This document shows positions 38,836-48,052 of a DNA stretch of 64,000 nt, piece after piece. The DNA comes from Oopsacas minuta (taxonomy: Eukaryota > Animalia > Porifera). Every line of letters starts with the position of its first letter. Within the stretch, counting starts at the first letter, position 1. The notes below the pieces were generated by a model, which was not told the origin of the DNA, searched no databases, and saw nothing but the letters and a program-made list of their open reading frames with translations. The DNA lies in contig JAKMXF010000326.1 in NCBI GenBank assembly GCA_024704765.1, forward strand, positions 270,697 through 334,696. The letters run 5' to 3'. Both the position numbers and the translations under genes were made by a program.

Positions 38836-39905
38836 AACAAATTAGGCTCCACCTCATGGGCAACAAATCATAGATTGCCTCTGGTTTAGTTCAATCAATT
38901 TTCAAGGTATACTATTTGACTTCATATTGCATTGACAATGATTCTACTTGTAAATTCAAGATATTGGCTTAAATTGCAATCTTATAAATGGATTCAAATT
39001 ATTTGATGTCTCAATTGAACTCATCTTGTTTTCTGGCAAGTGGACAATAGTACTAAACCTAGAAAGGATGGAACATTCTCTGGGATTGAAAGCCTACGAA
39101 TGTGATTTCCATACTTTTTCCTAACCACAAATCAATTCTAAAAATGCAAATTGTGATGTTACTTTGATTCAATTCAAATCTCGGCATAAATGTACGATAT
39201 AAGAAAGAAATTAATGGTTATGAGACAATGAAATTTCAACTTAACATGTAGCCAAAACCAATGGTAATGAGCAGGGAAGCCGATTAGTAAATTGAGTCAC
39301 TAGATGGGGTTAGGACAAAATTTGATGATGGAATGTTGCCATTCATGAGGCATTCCTGTTTTCCTATGGTGCAAATCTGGTAACGACTGATTCTGACTCA
39401 GAAAAAATCAGAGGGTGAATCTTTCAAAAACATTGTATTGGAACCATTGCACACTTTTCAACTTATGCTGGACTATTTCGCGAAAACCAATAAACGTGTT
39501 GGTACAATAACATGTTATGATTGACTCGAAAAAAGAATAAAATGCAATCATTGTTTAAATTCAATTGCGAGAAGATGAACAATGAAGGGAAAAAATATGA
39601 GAACAAAGGAATATTCTCTCCAAAAATACAAAATATGGCGTAGAATTACAGTGATGAACTTAGAGGCACAACTCATATGTCCCAATGATTCAATCATTAA
39701 ATAACCAGATACAGTACCTAACTTCATTTTAGCAGGTAAAAACGTGAGGGGATATCAGGACACAATATATTTCGAAATAAATGCAGTTTGACATCAAATG
39801 GTGGGAAATATACCAAATCAAAAATTGTAGAGTTCACATTTTTGGAAATTTCAGGAATATTATGTTGATAATTAGTTTGGAAAATCAAAAGATACTTTGA
39901 AATAC

Positions 39906-40648
39906 CTTGGTTTAGGATGTAACTCGACTAAATTGATAATAATTGAAACGAGGTCTTTGACATGAATTGTTGGCAAAGTGTTTTGTCCGTTTCCGAAAAC
40001 AGGTAGTTGAATACCTTGAAATTCTCCAAGCCATGCCTGCTTAAATAAAAAATGCAAGATACATTCACCACCTCCATAAATCAAACCACAACATAGTACA
40101 TAGGTAGAAAATAAAGATTTTTTTGTCCGACCTAGCTTAGTAACAAGTTTCTCTAAAGCCAGATGATCTTTAAAAGATGGATGTGAACGTCGCATCCTGT
40201 AATCGTCTTCAGTATAAACTCCATCTGGTTCATCGGGGTCAACAGGCCTAGTCTTTGCCCATGTGAGACATGTTGAAATAAGGATGAATGTCTTTGGCTT
40301 TAAAAATTTGTCTAAGTTTTGGTGCAGGGTATTCACAACAAACTCAGCTTCCAAAATTTGATTAATATCATCGCAAATATTATATATAACAACATCCTGC
40401 TCCAAGATTTTAGGAAGAAGTTTGTTGTAGTCTAAAGGTGACTGTGGATCATGAGAAATATTGTCCTCTAGACTAGTACTACAGTGGGTGCCAGAAACTT
40501 GATAAAATAATTCAGGATTATACACCTGGTCTTCGGAGTGCAAGTTAAGAATTTCATCTCGTATCGAGCCAATAGGAGTATGACAAATGCAATCAGCAAG
40601 GATAGAACCAAGATAAGAGTCAATCTGATTGATAAATACTCTAGACAT
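39906..40648 (-). CDS. AK7: Adenylate kinase 7, coding exon 1 (743 nt; N-terminal NAD-epimerase-like region)
   Basis: MSRVFINQIDSY, DVVIYNI, FILISTCLTWAKT, YTEDDYRMRRSHPSF..HL.LEK, GLIYGGGE, LHFLFKQAWLGE, LPVFGNGQNTLPTIHVKDL match AK7 motifs as I recall them. Donor CCAAG|gtattt is phase-compatible with the 29459 exon. The ORF-track tail KVSFDFPN is intronic. Confidence 0.95.
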
Positions 40649-41147
40649 AAAGCTCTAAAAGTGGAATAGTGTTTAAACTAAGTAATAATAAATTATAAAA
40701 CATATATGCTTAATTCTTAAAACGAAAAATATTGAGAAACATGCTGACTACGGAATGAGGGTATGCTATAGGGTCTGAATGCATTCACACCTCTAACCAT
40801 ATAAGATAAAGAAGAGTGTACATGCTAACAGAGTTTAGTATTCAGTACTGGAATGCTGAGAATACTTCGGGAAAAGAAAGAATATAGGTTGGAAGTGCAG
40901 TATAAGGGGTAAGTATACCCTAGAGACCTGCTATAAGTTCCAGTGGTTCGATCTTTTTGAAAATTTTACACCGTAGCCGGTTCATCGAGTTGAGTCCAAA
41001 AATGCACTAACACTTAAACATATATGTGCATTAGAAAATTTCGATTTTTCAAGTAGCCAAACTATTTCGGGAATTCTCTGAATTTTGTTGGCTATATTCC
41101 TCAAATAGTTTTCGAATTCTGTTCCTAGTCCTTCGAACTGTCTAATA

Positions 41148-42459
41148 CTGGGTGTCTAATAAGTTCTGTTATATATCAATTCCCCAAAGATTTCAAATGT
41201 ATCCATTGTAAAGCCATGAAACCTTCTATTTTCTTAGGACTTATGTTCCTAATTACACATTACAAATATCATTCAATATTGCCTCTCTTTTTATGAATTA
41301 CGGAAGTTAGTCTGCCCCGAAACTGATGGACAGCTTTTCGCAGCTCCTCCTGTGGGATTTTCTGCCATTCACTCAACAAACTAACTTTGAGGGACTCCAA
41401 ACTCTTGTGAGATTTCGCACAGGCCCTGCTCTCCAAGTTTGCTCAAACAGAATAATCGAGTAGGTTTAAATCTGGGCTTGATGGTGGCCATTCATCCTTA
41501 CTTATGAAATCGATATTTTGCTCTCGGAACCAACCCTGGGATACTTTTGAAGCATGTGCAGGCGCAGAGTCTTGTTGGTAAGTCTAAGGATGGTTTTGAA
41601 AGAGCTTCTCACCAGCAGACGCAATATCAGGCTCCAAGACCAGCTCTCTGTACGTCTGGGAGTTTATTTTCACTCCTTGGGAGACAAAAATCAGGTTTGT
41701 CCGTGAGTCTGCCGACACACCCGCCCATACCATCAGAGAAAGAGGCTTCTAGACTCTATCAATGTACTTGATGCTATCTGGGATATCCTGACTTCGAGAA
41801 GCAAGTATACGGTCGTTTTGACGATTGCTTGCCTCCTCAACCGTGAACAGCTTCTCATCTGAGAAGAAAATCTGATCTTCAGTCCCAGGAGCGAATCAGG
41901 CTTTTAGTTGTATGCATCTTTCGAGTCGCTTACGACGTATGGAGTCATTAAGATGGTGTACGTTTTTCATCTTATAGGACTTCATTCCTAGGTCCTCTAC
42001 AACCAATTTCCGCATCATTTTGTGATTGACACAGAATTCACGAGACATTTTTCGCATTGAACTCCGGGGATTTCTCAGGATTCGACATCTAACACTATTC
42101 TTCAGGGCTGGTGTGCGAGCGGATCTTGGACGACCAACTCGTTTCCTGTCAGACACACTCCCAGTCTCTATATAGCGTTTTATTGTGCGATAGATCAGCA
42201 TGGGATTGACTTTATCATTTTTTAGCCTTTTTAGAATTTCACTGTTGCTAAACCCAGATTAATGAAAAGTGACAATTTTTGGACGAATTTCTTCTAACAT
42301 GATTTTCTGGTAAATCATCAACTTGAATGATATATACTTGGTATAATTCGAAAGAGCGCCAAAAATGGTACAAGAAAATCTAGAAGATTACTTTATAAGT
42401 ATATTAAGAGCTACTGTCTAAGGCGCGAAAATGTATAACAGAACTTATTAGACACCCTG
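41148..42459 (-). mobile_element. maT-type element F, full length (1312 bp), defective, nested in the Kolobok 3' region
   Basis: TIRs C(T)GGGTGTCTAATAAGTTCTG and CAGAACTTATTAGACACCCTG with TA flanks. Motifs RVGRPRS, FSDEK and WPPSSPDLNLLDYS. Confidence 0.9.
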
Positions 42460-42624
42460 TAATGACAGTGGAAAAATGGCGACTAAAAGTTCATGAGAAA
42501 TTGAGGGAGAAGAAATACCATAGAGCATAAATATAACTATAATATAGTAAAAAGGAGTAAATATAACCTAAACATAACTATATTATAAGAAAAAATGAAT
42601 AAACGATTCAGTTTAGAATAGAGG

Positions 42625-45166
42625 GACCTAACTATGAACTGTTGTATCCAGGGCATATCCATATCTTCTACATCCAAATTACCAGCTACAATATCAATAT
42701 GACTAAGACAATAAACATGCAACCAACTATCACAAACATCACAACGAACCCAATTAAATTTAGTATATTAGAAATGCCCTTACCTCTACCCAATACACCA
42801 CTATCGTCATCACCACCACACAACACACATACCTCATCTTTAGAAACAATACCAAAATTGCCCCACTCTTATACTCACTACCTGTTCTTTTCCTTTTACG
42901 TTTAGACTGCTTCATAGAAAATCTCCTCTTGGTGAAATCATGATCAAACTTATACTCTTTATAATAATGGTGTACAATATCTAAACTATTACATAGCCGT
43001 ATAAAAATATTACTTGGGGCTATTCCTAGCTCATGTCTTGCGAAGGGAATTCCAAATTATGTTATGTAGGCTTTCATTTAGATATGACGTCATACCACCC
43101 TCTACTTTATCCAAAAATCAATAGAAAAATATGGGGCCAGGATAGCTAAGACTCGTTCCCTACAATCTTTAGAGAGAGCTCTTGGGTGAGAAGGGATCAG
43201 GTCCCCCAGGGAAACAGCCTTTTAGTATTTACACCAAGAGCTCTCTCCACTCGGACAATACTGATGCATTTCGGAGCAATTCTCGTCAGTGGCAGAAAGA
43301 TGGTAATAATAGCTAATAGTGAATTTCTCAAGTCTGTCAAGCACATATCTGACTTTGGCTTTATAGTATGGCCATACAATGAAGTAATTGTATCTATCAT
43401 ATTATCAGGTAATAAATTCAATGTACCACAGCTAGTGATGTCACTATCATCCCATTTCTCTCTAACAATTGTAGAATCTCTGATGGCCAGATTCCTGTAT
43501 TTTTGGTTTATTAATTTTTTCTGAGGATGAGTTTTTGATGCTGCTAAATCATGCTGCATGAGTGTCTTGTTTACAGTTATGTAATCTTTTTGTTACTCAA
43601 CAAGATGCATTCGTCTCCTCTTCTGGACATGACTAAGGCATTCTTCACGACTTATTCCAGCACCATGTTTCCCATAGATGTCAATTTCTACAAGGACATT
43701 CGACACTTTTGTCATCCCATCAGCTACTGCCGTAGAATATAGCAAACCCTGATCAATAGATTTCTCAAATATCACGGGTGCTAACTTAGACTCTAAAGCA
43801 ACTGAGTTATATTCCCCATAATCCTTGGCCTGGCAAGATTCTTTATGTTGAACTTCCCATAAACGATAATCTTTAACTGACATCTTCTTGTCCTTCAAAG
43901 CCTGTTGTTTGTCTACACAATATCTGCAACCGTTACAAGCGACCTCAAAACTCAGTACCTCGCCAGTTTCGATGGAAATGCCTGCTGCAAAACAGTACTG
44001 TGCAAAGCCTCCCTCGCCTTTGTCAGTTCCTTTCTGGTAAGAACCGTCATAAGAAATTGACACTTTCAATAATTCACCAACTATGGCCCCCTTTATAATA
44101 CGCAATTCTTGGGCTGCACGGTTACAGCTGCGAACAGCAATTTCCATCGAAAACCTTTGATGAATATCTTTGAGTAGAATAGAAAGCTCTATTTGAAATT
44201 GTCAGATGCAAAAAAATTATAGCATTTATAATATCTAACCCACTTTTACCGATAACAAGTCTTCCGCCAAGAATGTGTAGGGCATTATGCGGAAACATTA
44301 TTGTATTTCGCTCTCATTGAAATAGGACTTAGGGAGAGTATAGAATCGGGAAGCAGGCCGACAATGAGAACAGACAATAAAATAATGTCTGATAGAACTC
44401 CAAATTACCCTTCCTACAAAATTTACATAAAGCCAATTGAGATAAACTGTTCTCCAGAATACCAATATCTATGAAGGATTGACCTTCAACCCTTGTAAGC
44501 TTTTTATAGAGAATTTTCTTTACCAATAATATGAATCTCCATTTCTTCATATTCATCATCCACAAAGTTACTAGGAATCATTATCAGATACTGATGATAT
44601 TTTATACGTAGATACCTCCAAAGGAGTCATTGGGGCGTCAGGACTAGGCTCATTATCAGATACAGATGGTATTATATACTAGATAGCTCCAAAGGAGTAA
44701 TTGGAGCATCAGGAATAAGCACAATCAACATAGGAATTAAAGTAGAAAGCTCTAACTCTTCAAGCTCTTTACTTATACTAATTTGACTACTCGAAGGTTG
44801 TGGAATTCGCTTTGTAGCAACTACCTTCTTCCGTTTGGTACTACCAAATATATCCTTTTTTCGAACATTCACAACCTCGGCTACACTACTAGTAGTCGCC
44901 ACAAAACTTACAGGATCAGTCGCATTATGAATAAATTCAAAAGTATGAGGAATATTATGTAGGAAATCAGAATCTGGCATACCTTGATCTCCTGGGCCAG
45001 GGTTCATCTCTACACCACCTATTACCAAGAGGACAGCAATAATACATGTTAGAAGATATATGGAAATGTCCGAAACATCCACTAACTGAGGGGTACGGTA
45101 GTCCTGTCTGATCTTCTTAGATCCCCAAGCGCCTATTGTGGCGGGCTAAGCATCCAAGGATATCAT
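42625..45166 (-). pseudogene. Decayed Kolobok-type transposase: leader with 2A-like motif, zinc ribbon, DDE core, C-terminal PHD finger
   Basis: In order across frameshifts: MISLDA*PATIGAW...LLVIGGVEMNPGP; IDIGILE..L..LALCKFC; VSISYDGSYQK; CNGCRYC; ADG; EECLSHVQKR; HQYCPSGESSWCKY; YLNESLHNIIW; YKSGA; CVLC...WVRCDVCDSWLHVYC. Confidence 0.85.
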
Positions 45167-45351
45167 CAAGAAAAAAAAGAAAAATATATAAAATAGCTAA
45201 AGTATATAAGTAAAGTAATAAGTAGAGGTGTAAATTCTTCTTTGGATACACAAGGAATATAATTTGACAATATAAGGAAATGTGAAATGAAACTAAGAAT
45301 CAATAAGATTACAACAGCCTAGCGGAAAGTACTAGCTGATAATTCAAATTC

Positions 45352-45432
45352 TCTCCCAGTCTCGGGCTTGAACCCAGGACCCCACCTATATGAGGGTGGT
45401 TAAGTTGCTAACACAAACCAATAGACCAGGGC
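45352..45432 (-). other. tRNA-derived segment (SINE head or tRNA pseudogene)
   Basis: A-box-like TGGTCTATTGGTT, a CCACC/GGTGG stem enclosing CTCATATA, and B-box-like GGGTTCAAGCCC followed by GACTGGGA. The acceptor stem and D arm do not close properly. Confidence 0.5.
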
Positions 45433-45700
45433 AACGTAAACAAAGTATTATCACATAAGAATATTTAACAAATGTCAAAAGAACAATAATATGAGGTTTT
45501 GGTGAAAATATGGAAAAATAAAATTTTTGTGACGAATCTAGATCAAAATTCAGAAAAGGAGGTATGTAAAATTTGAAATAGAAGTTAGGAAGTGTCTAAC
45601 GCTGCCAAAAATGCAATAATCCACTAATCGTGAAATTTTCCAGTTTTTCCAAAATTTTGGAAAAAATAGGGTAAACTTACCCCATAAATGCATTAAATAA

Positions 45701-47862
45701 CACTGCTCAACAAAAATTTAGTTGCATTTCTACCAACACTTGTTTTTATCTAATTTTGGGGCGCTGAATCCGAATCCGAACTTAGTTTTTTTCTGCAAGC
45801 TCTAGATTTTTGCAAATCGAGATGTTTAATATTTATTGCACAAAGTTCAAATATTTTTAAAAGTGACATGATTTGTCAAATGATCTTCTGCTTACAGTTG
45901 AAAAACTAGCCTCAAAACAAAAATAGGTGCCAAAAACTTTTATGTTGCCAATAGAAATTGTATTTGTAGACAGATAGGCAAGAAATGTTTAAAAAAAAAT
46001 GTAAAAAACAGCAGTTTGCTGGTAACATGCATGTAAGAATTGATTTTTTTTACAAAATGACATAGAAAAGAACGATGGCAATCTACAATAGTAACTTAAA
46101 GCGATCAATGACAAGATGCAAAAGATTCAAATATTCTACAACTATGGACAAAATTTCCTCTTATAACTTCTGCGTTTGTACGCTTTGTGAGGACAGTCAC
46201 GTTTAATGCCCTAACAATAGCCTGCCATCATATGTCGGTCCCATCAACCTTGGTAGGTTCTTCCACTGTCATGAGATCCTGGTGGAAACGCTCTCCCTGT
46301 TCGTCACTGACAGCCCCAAGGTGTTCAGTGAATTTGTCCAGGTGGCTGTACATAAAATGTACTTTTATGCTCATGTTGCATCCTAAATCACGAAACCCTG
46401 AGAGCATCTTGGATACAAGCATTTCATAGTTTGGACCCTTTCTGTTACTAAGAAAGTTCTGTATAACATCCACAAAAGATAGTCATGCAGCTTTCTCCTT
46501 GATATTCATTTTCTGAATGAAGTTATTGTCGCGAATAAGTGCACGTATCTGTGGTCCAACAAACACTCCTGCTTTGATTTTATCATATGACAAAGCAGGG
46601 AAAGTATACACAAGATGATGAAAGGATTCATTGTCAGGATTTAGAGCTTTAACGAACTGCTTCATGAGACCTAGCTTGATGTGCAGGGGCGGAAAAACAA
46701 TTTTGTATCTGCTTCCGATTGGGTCGTGTGTAAAGTTAGGCATGCCAGCTTGAAATGTTTCACATAAGGGCCACTCCTTCTGTGTCCAATGTTTTTCACG
46801 TGCTCTGCTGTCCCACATGCACAGATAACATGGAAATTTAGTGTATCCTTTTTGCTAACATAGCAGAAAACTAACCATTTTGAGGTCAACACAAATGATC
46901 CAGTTGTGATCATGATATCCGAGTAAATCCATAACAATTCTAATGTCATCATGCTGTTCCTTCAAGACAGTGGAGTGACCAACTGGAACAGTTCCATAAA
47001 TATTTCCATTGTGCAAAAGAACACACTTGAGGCTGGGCTTGGAACTGTCCAAAAACAATCGCCTTTCTCGCGGATCATATGAGGAGATACCCAGTTGTCC
47101 GAGAAGACCAGGAACATCGTTGCAATATACCAGCTTATTTTCCACTGAAAAATAGGGTAGAAGGAATTCTTCTCTTTTTCGAAAAAAGGAAAACCTCTAC
47201 AGTTCGATCCAGCACCTGTTTTTCTTTGAGCGTGGAGGCTAAGAGCTCAGCTGATAGTTTAGGCAGATCTAAATCACGTACTAAGTCATTCAGTTCTGAT
47301 TGATTAAACTGCTAGTGGACAGTTACTCTGGTTTCACAAGAAGAATCTTCAGATTCTGATTCTGTGTCTATTTTTTGATATTCCATTTCTACGATCTCTT
47401 CCCTTTCCAATTCACTTTCGTCATCATCAGGAATAGCAAAACCACTAAAGGCCGGAGGAGGAAGTCTATCAGAGTGCGGGACAGGTCGTATAGCTGATAG
47501 TATACTAGGATGACAAAGCACACACAAATAGCCTTATCTTTGAAAACCTGTTGAGTAATTAGGCCTGCAAAATATTCATTTACCACGTGCTCATCATTCA
47601 GCTATGACCAACAACTGTTCACAATGGATCCAGATGATGCATACAAAAAGAAAAATGGCTTGATAGATAAAAAATATTTGGTGGAGATCAGAATTATGTA
47701 CTAAATAAGTACCACAAACGAAAAAATTTAAATTGTCGATTGCATGAAAACTAGAGCATGCAGAAAGAAACTGATCGCAGATTTGAAATCAGCATCCCAA
47801 AATTATATAGAATCAGTTAAAAAATCTCATGCAACAAAAAATGAAAAAAATGTTGAGCAGTG
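45701..47862 (-). mobile_element. Chapaev3-type (CMC) DNA transposon, 2162 bp, internally deleted and defective
   Basis: TIRs CACTGCTCAACA and TGTTGAGCAGTG with TAA duplicated on both sides. Motifs RPVPHS, LFLDSSK.SLKCVLLHNGN, WIICVDLKMV, WDSRA, PPLHIKLGLMKQFVKAL, MSIKVHFMYSHLD and SDEQGERFHQD. The N-terminal zinc-finger region appears deleted. Confidence 0.88.
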
Positions 47863-48052
47863 TAACTTATGAAAAGAATCGAAGTCTATTATTGAATTTT
47901 ACCCCTGTATTGGTGCCTGGAAAGCTATTAATGTTGCCCAACATGTCTTGCTACCTAAGTCATTCTATTATAATCGGCCAGACGATATAATCCCAGGGTG
48001 AAAATGCCAGAATAACTAAATATTTTATACAAACTTTACCCTAAATACTTAA

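Larger units (their letters stand above)
40906..45683 (-). mobile_element. Kolobok-type DNA transposon (about 3.46 kb plus nested maT F), defective
   Basis: 17-bp TIRs GGGGTAAGTATACCCTA and TAGGGTAAACTTACCCC (1 mismatch). The same 4-bp ATAA flanks both ends (40902-40905, 45684-45687). GG...CC termini and a TTAA-like 4-bp TSD fit Kolobok. Transposase relic inside. Confidence 0.85.

Noticed and set aside
39872-39905. ORF-track C-terminus KVSFDFPN* suggesting a standalone 258-aa protein
   Set aside because: A phase-compatible GT donor and a colinear downstream exon show this tail is intron sequence.
42680-42860. Strongly hydrophobic, transmembrane-like reading (GFVVMFVIVGCMFIVLVILIL)
   Set aside because: It is an off-frame reading of the GT-rich Cys-finger codons; the neighbouring frame gives a coherent PHD motif.
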